Source: Vampirovibrio chlorellavorus (GTDB lineage: Bacteria > Cyanobacteriota > Vampirovibrionia > Vampirovibrionales > Vampirovibrionaceae). From it: DNA of 64,000 bases. Where the stretch lies: NCBI GenBank assembly GCA_001858525.1, contig LAPX01000001.1, positions 161,473 through 225,472 of the forward strand, read 5' to 3'. The notes under the pieces were generated by a model that saw only the letters and a list, made by a program, of their open reading frames with translations, did no database searches and was not told the origin of the DNA. Made by a program: the position numbers and the translations under genes. Below, in pieces: positions 19,276-29,013 of this stretch. Every line of letters starts with the position of its first letter. The first letter of the stretch is position 1.

Positions 19276-19614
19276 TTAGCGATCCTGAGGGAAGGCGGCC
19301 AGCAATTTTTGAACCACATGCGGAGTGGCCCCTTGCCCCAATGACACCAGCTTTTGGTTCAGAAAAACCACATCCAGCCGGGTGTTGCACTGGGCCAACC
19401 CTTCATTGATTTGAGAAAACTGCTGATCCAGTCCACTGGGGCTGAGTCCGCCCAAGGCCATGGCCTGCCGCAGCAAAGTGACCCCGGCCACCACATTGGG
19501 AATTTTCAATTCCAGAATGTTTAAAGTGGGCGAAGGGCTTGATTGCAAACGCAACCGCTGGCCATCGTTTAGCTCAATGTCCAGGTCAGCCTGAACCAGC
19601 AGATTCTCAAACAT
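19276..19614 (-). CDS. hypothetical protein
   Basis: ORF immediately downstream of the 69-aa gene, operon-like spacing. Confidence 0.55.
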   Translation of the reverse strand: MFENLLVQADLDIELNDGQRLRLQSSPSPTLNILELKIPNVVAGVTLLRQAMALGGLSPSGLDQQFSQINEGLAQCNTRLDVVFLNQKLVSLGQGATPHVVQKLLAAFPQDR

Positions 19615-19623
19615 GGGTCATCC

Positions 19624-19833
19624 CTACTTTTGGTCGCGGGTGGTAATTTTTACCACGCCGTTTACTTTCCATTTGGCCTGCTGAGAGTCCTGCGCCGTGC
19701 TGGAAGGCACAAATACTTCCAGGTTCTCAAACTGATAGGTAATTTCAGCCCCACGGCCGGTCAGTTTGTCGTATAAACCAATGGCCAATTCCGGCCAGGT
19801 GTGCGTTTCTTTGTCAGCAATTACATTCGCCAT
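19624..19833 (-). CDS. small hypothetical protein
   Basis: GGGAG RBS; TWPELAIGLYDKLTGRGAEITY..VPS..AKWKVNG looks like a compact conserved domain. Confidence 0.65.
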   Translation of the reverse strand: MANVIADKETHTWPELAIGLYDKLTGRGAEITYQFENLEVFVPSSTAQDSQQAKWKVNGVVKITTRDQK

Positions 19834-20070
19834 AATGAATCAACTCCCATCTCTCAATAACAGCCAGTACGCATTTAAAACCTGTATACCGATCAGTATA
19901 CTGATGAACTTTGTTTTTTACAAGTTCTCACGGATTATCGATTTTAGCGGTCTTTCATTCTCAAGAAAATTAGTCAGGTCGCTAGGCAGGCCTGCCTCCT
20001 GTCATCCTTCCAATCTTCAACTTGATAAAACCCACTTAAAGTTGGCCTGAGATTGATCTAGACTAAGCCT

Positions 20071-20550
20071 ATGAAAAAATACATGCCGTTTTTTATCATC
20101 TTTTTGCTGATCAGCACCATTCCGGCGCTGGTGTTTGCCCTCTTTCCCAAGGCCGCTTCCAATATCAACAGCGGCGATATTCCCAGTTTCAATCAAGCGA
20201 CGAGTAAAAATTCAACCGGTGAGCAGGAAGTACAGACCGCGGATTATCTGCTGCGTTGGCGCAGCGAGCCCGGTCCGCTCAAAGCGGGCCAACCCACTCG
20301 TTTGACGCTGAATATTTTAAGTCGGGCCTCTGGCAGCCCTTGGGATGGACACCCCACCGCCACCCTGATTAGCCGCTCCAAACTTGGTAGCGAGACCAAG
20401 CCCATTCCGGTGAACGTGAAAGCCACCCAGCAAAGCGGCACCTTCCAACTGGGAGCCAGCATTCCTCAAGCAGGCCCGTGGGCCCTGCACTTAAACTTAA
20501 ACGAGCATCAAGAACCTTTGGTTATCCAACTCTATATTCCTGAGTCTTAG
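20071..20550 (+). CDS. exported Ig-like (YtkA/FixH-like) protein
   Basis: N-terminal TM; beta-rich domain PGPLKAGQPTRLTL...GTF...AGPWALHL. Confidence 0.55.
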   Translation: MKKYMPFFIIFLLISTIPALVFALFPKAASNINSGDIPSFNQATSKNSTGEQEVQTADYLLRWRSEPGPLKAGQPTRLTLNILSRASGSPWDGHPTATLISRSKLGSETKPIPVNVKATQQSGTFQLGASIPQAGPWALHLNLNEHQEPLVIQLYIPES

Positions 20551-20718
20551 CGAGTTACTTTCAATCATTGCTTTCAAGGGGGCTTTGCCCCCTGTAACCC
20601 CCACTGGAGGGAGAACAGAGTCCAGCGCCAGCGCTGCCCCCCCTCCAGACCTCCCCATGCTTATCTATTTTCTCTCATCCTCAGAAGTGTTGGTGACAAG
20701 CGCCCCAGCCAAGCCATC

Positions 20719-20864
20719 TTGTCATTCCCGCGCAGGCGGGAATCCACTAAGCCAACTTGCGTTCAACTTTCTGAATATTTCCTGCATTTTTTCCGAGCAC
20801 GTTTTCTTGAAAAGGGCTTACAGTTCCAGTGCTGAATGGATTCCCGCCTGCGCGGGAATGACAA
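20719..20864. repeat. REP/dRS3-like inverted doublet, copy 2
   Basis: TTGTCATTCCCGCGCAGGCGGGAATCCA (20719-20746) and its reverse complement (20837-20864); same unit as copy 1. Confidence 0.85.
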
Positions 20865-20922
20865 ATAACACATCAAGGGATAATTCAGACCATTCAATCA
20901 AGACCGGCCCCCAATCTTCTGA

Positions 20923-21966
20923 TTACGGGGAGGGATTGGGATATCGGGTATGGATGGCCTCGATGGCGGCCAGCAACTCAGGGGATAAGGTCACCTGGGC
21001 GCTGTCGATATTCTCCTGCAACTGGGCCAGACTGGTGGCCCCAATGATATTGCTGGTCACAAAGGGCTGCTGATTGACAAAGGCCAGACACATCTGGGCC
21101 GGGCTGAGGCCATGTTGGCCAGCCAGCTCTACATAGGCATCGGCGGCGGCCAGGGCTTGCGCATTGGAATAGCGATCAAAATAATCGCCAAACAGGGCCA
21201 TGCGGGAACCGGTGGGTTTTTGCCCATTTCGATACTTCCCGCTCAACAGGCCAAAGGCCATGGGGGAATAGGCTAACAGACCCACTTGCTCCCGAATGGC
21301 CATTTCGGCCAGACCAATTTCAAAGGTTCGGTTCAACAAGCTGTAAGGGTTCTGGATGCTGACTACCCGGGGCAGATTCAATTGCTCGGCCACTTTTAAA
21401 AACTGGGCCACGCCCCAGGGGGTTTCGTTGGACAAACCGATTGCCCGCACTTTGCCCGCTTGCACAAATTCTTGCAACACAGACAAGGTTTCCGCAACCG
21501 GGGTAAAGGTTTCATCGGGTTGGTGTTTGTAGCCCAATTGCCCGAAAAAGTTGGTGGTGCGCTCCGGCCAATGGAGCTGATAGAGATCCAGGTAATCCGT
21601 TTGCAGACGCTTCAGGCTATCGTGCAAGGCTTTTTCCATGTTCTTTCGATCAAAGCGCAGGTTGCCATCCCGAATGTAGGTGAGGCGCTGGGTAGGACCC
21701 GCCACTTTGGAGGCCAATACGATCTTCTCCCGGCATCGGCGAGCGGACAACCAGGTGCCAATAAACGTTTCGGTGATGCCGTAGGTTTCCCCCCGAATGG
21801 GCACCGGATAAACTTCAGCGGTATCAAAAAAGTTGACCCCATGCTCTAGGGCGAAATCCATTTGAGCATGCGCTTCCGTTTCGGTGTTTTGCTCGCCCCA
21901 GGTCATGGTGCCCAAGGCAATCACGCTGACCTTGACCTCGGTATTTCCCAATAAGCGCATTTCCAT
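20923..21966 (-). CDS. tas: NADP(H)-dependent aldo-keto reductase, Tas family
   Basis: LGTMTWGEQN, FDTAEVYP, DLYQLHWPER, IGLSNETPWG, QNPYSLLNR, LLAYSPMAFG; start at ATG 21966. Confidence 0.9.
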   Translation of the reverse strand: MEMRLLGNTEVKVSVIALGTMTWGEQNTETEAHAQMDFALEHGVNFFDTAEVYPVPIRGETYGITETFIGTWLSARRCREKIVLASKVAGPTQRLTYIRDGNLRFDRKNMEKALHDSLKRLQTDYLDLYQLHWPERTTNFFGQLGYKHQPDETFTPVAETLSVLQEFVQAGKVRAIGLSNETPWGVAQFLKVAEQLNLPRVVSIQNPYSLLNRTFEIGLAEMAIREQVGLLAYSPMAFGLLSGKYRNGQKPTGSRMALFGDYFDRYSNAQALAAADAYVELAGQHGLSPAQMCLAFVNQQPFVTSNIIGATSLAQLQENIDSAQVTLSPELLAAIEAIHTRYPNPSP

Positions 21967-22540
21967 TAGACCATTGCCTCGCCAGTCAACAAACTGACAG
22001 CATCTTATCAGGCCGGTGCCCCATTCCCAATGAGAAAAAAAGAAAAAGCCATGCCCGCAAACAAGAGGCATGGCAGTTCAAGGTTATTGAACTAAATTGT
22101 TAAAGTCATAGTGTATATTACTCAATCCATTCAAATAATTGACAAAAATTGAAAAACTCGTAAACAATCGTTACAATTTTCCGTATGGCTGAGATCAAAG
22201 ACAGTCACAAAGTATCAACCCCATGCCCGGGAAGTTCATGCCGGATCGTTTGAAACCCCAGACTCTTTTCCCTTGATTTTTGACCATCCCCCTCCCAAAA
22301 AAGTGAATGCCGTTCCCAGCCTTGTGTGCGGCACGCCATTTTATAAACGAGTTGTCCCGTAAGGCAACCCTGCGGACAAAGACACATCGCCTGTTCTTTC
22401 GCCACTGAAATCGACCCTTTTAGGCAATTCGTGGCAGATGCCTCACCCCCAAGCCGATGGCTTTCCGCTACAATCAAACCAGCATACCTGAGTATGAATA
22501 ACGAGCAACTGTGACCACACCTAAAAAAGAGAGAGTTCAG

Positions 22541-23635
22541 ATGACCGCTATGACGCATCGGTTTAGACGAACCTGTGCCAATCCGATCCGGCTTTTGGGG
22601 ATGCTGGCTCTGCTTGTGGTTCTTGGCGGAAACGCGCAGGCCATGCCGCCGGTCCCCATGCAGTTGCCCGATTCGAGTCCCCCCATTCAGGCACCTATTG
22701 CTACCAATCAAGCGTTGCCACTAAATCCCATTGCCAGCGTTCAACTGATTAATCAAGAATTGCGCCTGATCAGCCCGCCGGGTACTCAGCTACTGGTAAA
22801 AAATCGCTTTGTGCTGCCCAACCCCACCCGATTAGTGGTGGATATCGATCAGGCCCTGCTACCGGAAAAGGCCATACAACTGCCCAGCGGCACCCTGGGC
22901 CCTATGCCTTACACCACCATTCGTCTGGGACAGTTTGACGCCACCACGGTGCGACTGGTCATTGAATCGCCCCAAGCTGACAAACTGAACATCAGCCTGG
23001 GACGAGGTACCAATCATGTCCTTCGGGTGTACGCGCCGGAAGCACCCGGCTTGGCCAGCCGCTTCTTTCAGCGCATGATGGGACGCCCTCAGCCAAAGAA
23101 TCCCCAAATTGCCTACAACGCCCCACCCAGTCCTTATACGGCCACGGATTACCGACCCAATTTTGGCCCACCGCCGCTCTCGTATTCGGCCACCCCTCTC
23201 AACCGCATGAAAATCGTGGACGTGGCCCGTTCTCAGTTGGGCGTTAGCAAAGCCGAAGCCAGAGAGTATGTCAACAACTCCTACAGCTTGGGGAAAGATC
23301 AAGCCTGGTGCGCCGATTTCGTCTCCACAGTGCTGAACTGGGCCGGTGGCTCGCCTTGGGGGCACACCTCGCTGGTGCGGGATATCTACGACTGGGGCAT
23401 TAGTCACCAACGCATCAAACCCTTCCCCGAGCCCGGCGACATCGCCATTTTTCGCTTCAGTGTGTCTGGCTTTGATCACACCGCCATTGTGGAAAGCCTG
23501 CTACCCGATCAGAGCTTCACCACCATTGGGGGGAACGAGGGGACACGCTCTGGCAACGCCCCCGGCGGCATGGTGCAGCGCAATCGTTACCCGGTTGGCG
23601 ATCCTCGCATTCTGGGCTATATCGCGCCACTCTAG
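22541..23635 (+). CDS. secreted AMIN-domain plus CHAP-domain peptidoglycan hydrolase
   Basis: Signal peptide; AMIN LPNPTRLVVDI/IRLGQFDATTVRLVIE; CHAP AWCADFVS, HTAIVE, TIGGN. Confidence 0.8.
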   Translation: MTAMTHRFRRTCANPIRLLGMLALLVVLGGNAQAMPPVPMQLPDSSPPIQAPIATNQALPLNPIASVQLINQELRLISPPGTQLLVKNRFVLPNPTRLVVDIDQALLPEKAIQLPSGTLGPMPYTTIRLGQFDATTVRLVIESPQADKLNISLGRGTNHVLRVYAPEAPGLASRFFQRMMGRPQPKNPQIAYNAPPSPYTATDYRPNFGPPPLSYSATPLNRMKIVDVARSQLGVSKAEAREYVNNSYSLGKDQAWCADFVSTVLNWAGGSPWGHTSLVRDIYDWGISHQRIKPFPEPGDIAIFRFSVSGFDHTAIVESLLPDQSFTTIGGNEGTRSGNAPGGMVQRNRYPVGDPRILGYIAPL

Positions 23636-23769
23636 AGTGGTCATCAGCATTTTGCAAACCGCTTTGCCCCGCATCACAGCGAGTTGAGACAGCCGAACCC
23701 CTCAGGGCGTATAATAAAATCTGTTGAGGCAGGTGAGGGCAAGAGAATCCGGAAGTATCCCCCAATGCC

Positions 23770-24741
23770 TTGCTTCAGCCGTCGTCGTCTGCTTACCGGA
23801 AACCGTGGTTTATGTGGCCGTTTTTACAATTCCTGACCGTGGGAAACCCTCATTTTAGCGTACTGGCCTTTTACACGGTGCTGGTGCTTACCCTGTATGG
23901 TCTGCTGGGTGCCTTAATTTGGTTAAAACCGTTAGAGGTGGCCAAAAAGCCCTACCTGACCTGGGCCATCATGATTCCCATGTTGATCCTGCCCCTGTGG
24001 CTGGGGCCGGTGTTCTGGATTCTCACCGTGCTGCTGATTTCCATTTACGGATTCAAGGAATTCGCCAAAGGCACCGGGCTGTACGAACAAAAAGCCTATT
24101 GCCTGACCGTCTATGCCGTCATGATCGCCTTGGCTGGCTTTGCCATCATCAACGATTACGGGTTGTTTATGGTCACCCCCATCTGGGGCGTGGTGGCCCT
24201 GACCACCATTCCGGTCTTCCAGAATCGCTTTGAAAACGCCATCCAGAATATGGCCCTATCCGTGGTGGGGCTGGTTTATTTTGGCTGGTTTTTAGGGCAT
24301 CTGGGCTTTTTGGTGCGTTCCGAATATGGGCTGGGCTACCTGCTCTTTGTATTGATTTTCACCCAATTTAACGACGCCATGTGCTTTTTATGGGGCAAGC
24401 TCTTCGGAAAAACCCACTTTACGGCCATCTCTCCCAAGAAAACCATTGAAGGCTCCGTGCTGGCCCTGCTCAGTAGCATGGTCATCGCCTTTTTAAACTG
24501 GCCCATCGCTTTTCCGCATTTTGAATGGTGGTTAGTGGCCCTGGCCGGATTTGCGGTCAGTTTTGGCGGCCAAATGGGCGATTTGGTCATGTCCACCTTC
24601 AAACGGGATTTGGGGGTGAAGGACTTTGGCACCCTGCTACCCGGCCATGGCGGCATTCTGGATCGGGTGGACAGTCTGGTGTGGGTGTCACCCATCTTTT
24701 TCCATATGGTGCGTTATTTTCATTCCGGTTTTGGCTGCTGA
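23770..24741 (+). CDS. phosphatidate cytidylyltransferase (CdsA/YnbB-like)
   Basis: ISPKKTIEG, GDLVMSTFKRDLGVKDFGTLLPGHGGILDRVDS signature; multiple TM helices. Confidence 0.92.
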   Translation: MLQPSSSAYRKPWFMWPFLQFLTVGNPHFSVLAFYTVLVLTLYGLLGALIWLKPLEVAKKPYLTWAIMIPMLILPLWLGPVFWILTVLLISIYGFKEFAKGTGLYEQKAYCLTVYAVMIALAGFAIINDYGLFMVTPIWGVVALTTIPVFQNRFENAIQNMALSVVGLVYFGWFLGHLGFLVRSEYGLGYLLFVLIFTQFNDAMCFLWGKLFGKTHFTAISPKKTIEGSVLALLSSMVIAFLNWPIAFPHFEWWLVALAGFAVSFGGQMGDLVMSTFKRDLGVKDFGTLLPGHGGILDRVDSLVWVSPIFFHMVRYFHSGFGC

Positions 24742-25790
24742 TGACCAACATTCGAGAGGCCAGCGTGAATTTAAACCACTGGTGGCCAGTGGCTCACCGG
24801 GAGCGCTTTCCCCGCTCTGGCATCCGTGGTATTCGCATTGGCCCGATGGAGCTGGTGGTGGTTCGCACCGCCCAGGGTTTTGCCGTGTACGAGGACGCCT
24901 GCCCGCACAAACGGGTGCGCCTCAGTCAGTTCGGCACTCTGAAGCAACAACAACTACTGTGCACTTATCACGGCTGGGAATTTGAGACCCGGCAAGGTCA
25001 CTGTACCTCCCTTTGCGGCATGTCCGGCCAGCCGGAACAATTTAACCTGACCCCCTACCCGGTGCGGGAGTATGGGGGCTGGGTGTGGGCCTTCCCCGGA
25101 GAGGCGGCAGGGGCCGAAGCAACCCCCTTGCCCGATATCATGCCCGCCAACACCCCCCATCGCTTTTACCGGGTGCCCATGGAGGGCACCGTCAATTGCC
25201 ACTTCAGCTTTATTACCGAAAACGCCACGGATCTGTTTCACGCGGAATTGCACAAGGCCCAGCAGCCCTGGGCCAATCCCCAACTGCTTTCCATCGAGGA
25301 AACCGAGGCCAGCGTGATGGCCCGTTACCGGGTGGAGACCCCCAATCCGCTTTCGGCTTTGTTCACGGGCCGGGGCCAAAAAGAAGTCATCGTTCGCTAT
25401 GAGTACCCCTACATCCACCTATACGAAGCCGGGGGCGGCTTCTACCTGTTTGTGACCTACCTGCCCCATGATGCGGAGAATACCTATGTGTTCTCCTCCT
25501 TCTACTTTCCGCACATCCTGAAAATAGAGGCCCTGTCCCGCCTGCTGCTCCCCTTGGTCGAGCCCTTGCTCATCCCCATTCTCAATCAGGGCACCTTTCG
25601 GCAAGTCTTTTTACAAGACATTCGGGCGGTGGAGGAAGAACAGCGGGCTTACAACCTCACTGGCCAAGAAGCCAGCCGGGACCCCAACCCGGTCACCCAC
25701 GCCGTGCGAAGGGTCATCCTGAAGCAAACCGAGCACTGCCCACCCCTGCGTCCGGAACCACTCATCCGCCGACCGGGAGCCCCGCTGTGA
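24741..25790 (+). CDS. Rieske non-heme iron oxygenase alpha subunit
   Basis: CPH...CTYHGW Rieske motif; ENATDLFHAELH and QD mononuclear Fe ligands; TGATG overlap with upstream gene. Confidence 0.88.
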   Translation: MTNIREASVNLNHWWPVAHRERFPRSGIRGIRIGPMELVVVRTAQGFAVYEDACPHKRVRLSQFGTLKQQQLLCTYHGWEFETRQGHCTSLCGMSGQPEQFNLTPYPVREYGGWVWAFPGEAAGAEATPLPDIMPANTPHRFYRVPMEGTVNCHFSFITENATDLFHAELHKAQQPWANPQLLSIEETEASVMARYRVETPNPLSALFTGRGQKEVIVRYEYPYIHLYEAGGGFYLFVTYLPHDAENTYVFSSFYFPHILKIEALSRLLLPLVEPLLIPILNQGTFRQVFLQDIRAVEEEQRAYNLTGQEASRDPNPVTHAVRRVILKQTEHCPPLRPEPLIRRPGAPL

Positions 25791-26455
25791 AGTTTGAGTA
25801 TCAGCACACCCCGGACTTTGGGCAGCCCCTCCGTCAGCGCTTGGGGAACTATCCCCGCATCCCGGATTTAAGCTGGGATTTTTTTCGCTGGCTGGGCAGC
25901 TGGCTGAGTGTGTTGTTCATTCGTACCCAATTCCGGTTGACCGTGGAAGGGCAATTGCCCCAAGCCAAACGACTAGCCATTGTGGCCAACCACCAATCGC
26001 ATCTGGATACGGCCACCCTGTTGGCGGCCTTGCCTTTCGTCCACCGAAAAAACTCTGTGGTGCTGGCCGCTGAGGATTATTTTTTCAGAAGCGCCCCCAA
26101 AGCCATGGCCGCTTCCCTGCTCTGTCAGGCCGTGGCATTTGATCGATTGCACTGGACTGCCGTGCGGGCATGGTATCAGCACCTTAAAAATCTGGAACAG
26201 GGCTGGCTGCTGTTTTATCCCAGTGGCAGTCGCCATTCCACCACCATTCAGGCCGGATTGCTGAAGATTCTCCTAAAAGAAGGCTGGCAAATTCTGCCCG
26301 CCCGCCTGGAAGGAGCCGATGCGGCCTGGCCCAGTCATGCCCCTCTGTGGCGTCCCTTTCGTCGTTTAAAAGTTACATTTTATGAGCCTTTTCAAGGGCA
26401 TGAAATAGACCGTTTAATAGAGAAACTAGAGCGAGAATTGTACCCGCATGAGTAA
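25787..26455 (+). CDS. lysophospholipid (1-acyl-glycerol-3-phosphate) acyltransferase
   Basis: ANHQSHLD catalytic motif, AAEDYF, FYPSGSR (variant of FPEGTR); GTGA overlap. Confidence 0.85.
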   Translation: MKFEYQHTPDFGQPLRQRLGNYPRIPDLSWDFFRWLGSWLSVLFIRTQFRLTVEGQLPQAKRLAIVANHQSHLDTATLLAALPFVHRKNSVVLAAEDYFFRSAPKAMAASLLCQAVAFDRLHWTAVRAWYQHLKNLEQGWLLFYPSGSRHSTTIQAGLLKILLKEGWQILPARLEGADAAWPSHAPLWRPFRRLKVTFYEPFQGHEIDRLIEKLERELYPHE

Positions 26456-27101
26456 GCAATCCCCCAACCCAGCAATAAAACCAGACTTGGGTCTGTATCA
26501 AACCAAGTACCTGTTGCGCAACGTGCTGCGCAACATCCCCGGTGTGGGACAGCTTTCCCCCAACCTGCTTTCTATCGCCGCGCTGGGGCCGGGCATGCTG
26601 GCTGCCGTATTTTTGTTTGAAGGCTACTGGCTGGGGGCCATCCTCAGCATTCTGGGACGAATGGTGATTAACACGCTGGACGGGCTGGTGGCAGAAGAGT
26701 TCAATAAAAAATCCCAGATCGGTGGCTACCTGAACCGTCTGCCCGGCGAGTTCACCGATATCCTGATCGTGCTGTCCCTGTACCCGCATGCTTCCATGCA
26801 CTGGGTTCTGGCCTTGATCATCCTGACCGGCTGGGTGCAGATATTTGGACTGCTGGGACTGGCCGCCGGAGGTTCTTCTCAATCGGTCGGCCCTTGCGGG
26901 CAAACCGATCGTCTGGCCATCCTGCTGATAGGCGCTTTACTGGCCCTATTCAAAGTGGATGTCTGGCCTACCCTGGTTCCCCTGATGTGCGCCGGGTGCA
27001 CCCTGACCATTGGCTTACGGATATTCCGCTCTATCCGGGAAATTCACGGTCTGGATCAGGCCAAACCGGAAACGATCAAACAGGATGCAGTCATCGAATG
27101 A
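26448..27101 (+). CDS. CDP-alcohol phosphatidyltransferase (YnbA-like)
   Basis: SPNLLS, NTLDGLVA..GGYLN..E..D, GPCGQTDR; TM helices. Confidence 0.82.
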   Translation: MSKQSPNPAIKPDLGLYQTKYLLRNVLRNIPGVGQLSPNLLSIAALGPGMLAAVFLFEGYWLGAILSILGRMVINTLDGLVAEEFNKKSQIGGYLNRLPGEFTDILIVLSLYPHASMHWVLALIILTGWVQIFGLLGLAAGGSSQSVGPCGQTDRLAILLIGALLALFKVDVWPTLVPLMCAGCTLTIGLRIFRSIREIHGLDQAKPETIKQDAVIE

Positions 27102-28135
27102 TTTACATGAACTACGCGGGCATGGCCCCGTTACGATTCGGTGCATACCTGAAGGGCCTGCTGGCCCCCGAATTATTCGGCAATACTCGCCTGCCTCAAT
27201 GGTTTGCCCAAGCGGAGCGATTACGCGGTAAAGTAGCGGACTGGCTGGGTTGCCATGCCGATCAGGTGGCCTTTGTGCCTTCTACCAGCATGGCCCTGAA
27301 CACGGCCGCCTACAGCCTGAACTGGCAACCGGGCGATGTGGTGCTATACAACCCGAACGACTTTCCGGCCAATGTGCTGCCCTGGGAAAAACTGGCCCGC
27401 TTCGGGGTGAACCCGGTGGCGGTGGAAAACTGGCAAGACCCTTGGCCCAGCCGTACCCGCATGGTCAGTATTTCCACGGTCAATTACGCCACCGGCATCG
27501 AGCAACCCTGGCGAGACGTGATTCTGCAAGCCCAGGCTCGGGGTATCTGGACCTGTGTGGATGCCATTCAATCGGCAGGCGTTTTACCCAGCTGGAATCC
27601 CGATATCGATTTTTGGTGCGCGGGCACCCAAAAGTGGTTAGTGTCCGGCACAGGCCTGGCGGTGATGGTGCTGAGTCCCCGGGTGTTAAAGCAGTTGCAG
27701 CCGCCCTTCCCCAATTGGTTGAGTTTAAAAGAACCGGGCAAAGTCGCTTCCGGCTTGCTGGAAACCGCCCGGGCCTGGGAGTGTGGCTGGATTAGTCAGG
27801 CCGCGCTGGCCCGACTGGAGAGCAATCTGGATTACCTAACCAAAATCAGTTGGGAAGCCATTACGGAAAAAGTCAAACAACGCCGCAACTACCTGCATGA
27901 GCGTCTGCTGGATATGGGCTGGCACGTGGTTTCCTGCCCCAAACGCTGGTCTGGCATTGTGTCCATTGATCCGGGACCGGGGCGGGCGGAACTGTTGGTG
28001 AAAAGCGCCCAAAGCCGCAAAATTATCGTAACTCAGCGAGGCGATTACGTGCGACTGTCTCCCCATATTTTTAACCCCATGGGACACCTGAAAACCGTGA
28101 CCCAATGGCTGGCAGAGAGTTATACGGCCCTATGA
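27098..28135 (+). CDS. class V PLP-dependent aminotransferase/cysteine desulfurase-like enzyme
   Basis: IYMNYAGMAP, VDAIQSAG, AGTQKWL (PLP Lys), RLSPHIFN; ATGA overlap. Confidence 0.85.
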   Translation: MIYMNYAGMAPLRFGAYLKGLLAPELFGNTRLPQWFAQAERLRGKVADWLGCHADQVAFVPSTSMALNTAAYSLNWQPGDVVLYNPNDFPANVLPWEKLARFGVNPVAVENWQDPWPSRTRMVSISTVNYATGIEQPWRDVILQAQARGIWTCVDAIQSAGVLPSWNPDIDFWCAGTQKWLVSGTGLAVMVLSPRVLKQLQPPFPNWLSLKEPGKVASGLLETARAWECGWISQAALARLESNLDYLTKISWEAITEKVKQRRNYLHERLLDMGWHVVSCPKRWSGIVSIDPGPGRAELLVKSAQSRKIIVTQRGDYVRLSPHIFNPMGHLKTVTQWLAESYTAL

Positions 28136-28208
28136 CGGCCTGTAATGGCTTATAACGGCGGCCCCGATTCAAGAATTTTTTAAGCGGTCTTTTAAAGAGG
28201 ATGAACCA

Positions 28209-28964
28209 TTGAAATACCTACTCACCCGCATCCTGTTGCAAACCGTTGGTCGCCTGAGTGAAGGCATTCGCCTGGGCTGGCGCACCGGTTTTGATTCTGG
28301 AGTTATGCTGGAGTACATCTATGAAAATAAGCCCCGAGGTACCACCCCCTTGGGAGTATGGGTGGATCGTAAATTCATCTCTCACCCGGTGTGGGACGGG
28401 GTGCGCTCCCGTCGGAATCTACTGATTGGCCAACTGGAGGAGACTTTAACCCACTATGCTCACCCTGTTGTGTTTGATTTCGCTGCGGGCGTTGGCTCGT
28501 ATCTGTTTGCCCTTCCGCAAAACAAAGCCCAAATCATCGCCGGAGATTTTGCCCCCGAAGCGGTAGCTCAGGGCCAGAAAAAGGCCCAAACACTGGGTCG
28601 AAGCGATATCACCTTCCAGAAAAGCAACGCCTTTATGCCCAGCGAACTGGCCTGCCAGCAGGCGGATATTCTGGTCAGTTCCGGCTTTTTCGACATTCTG
28701 GTAAAAGACGAAGAAATCCTGAAGGTGCTGGAAAACGGGTCCAACATTACCCAACCCGGCGCCCGTTGGGTGTTTACCATTCAGGAGCATCACCCCGATT
28801 TGCGCCTGCTGAGGGAAACCATGGTGGATCTGCATCAGCAAGAGTGGGAACTGGTGCCTCGCCCCGCCGAGCAGTTGGCCGACTGGGCCAAACCGCATGG
28901 CTGGGTGCTGGAAAAACTGGAGCGCAATGACTTTTTCGCAGTGGGCACCCTAGTACGCCAATAG
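28209..28964 (+). CDS. class I SAM-dependent methyltransferase resembling the YnbC C-terminal domain
   Basis: GRLSEGIRLGWRTGFDSG..LEYIY.NKPRG, DFAAGVG, VSSGFFD. Confidence 0.78.
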   Translation: MKYLLTRILLQTVGRLSEGIRLGWRTGFDSGVMLEYIYENKPRGTTPLGVWVDRKFISHPVWDGVRSRRNLLIGQLEETLTHYAHPVVFDFAAGVGSYLFALPQNKAQIIAGDFAPEAVAQGQKKAQTLGRSDITFQKSNAFMPSELACQQADILVSSGFFDILVKDEEILKVLENGSNITQPGARWVFTIQEHHPDLRLLRETMVDLHQQEWELVPRPAEQLADWAKPHGWVLEKLERNDFFAVGTLVRQ

Positions 28965-29013
28965 TTAGTCCGCCAATAGAGCCCTGATAACCCAAAAGTG
29001 AGTTCATTCATTC

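Noticed and set aside
7443..20864. CRISPR array made of the 28-bp palindromic repeats
   Set aside because: Repeats occur as two inverted pairs 13 kb apart, not as a direct-repeat array, and no cas genes are present
20585..21073. 162-aa plus-strand ORF
   Set aside because: Made of repeat-derived sequence and overlaps tas in antisense
24525..24740. N-terminal extensions given by the ORF track (Rieske from 24525; similarly 26894, 34178, 48701, 3766)
   Set aside because: They overlap upstream genes or promoters; downstream coupled or RBS-supported starts fit the protein families better
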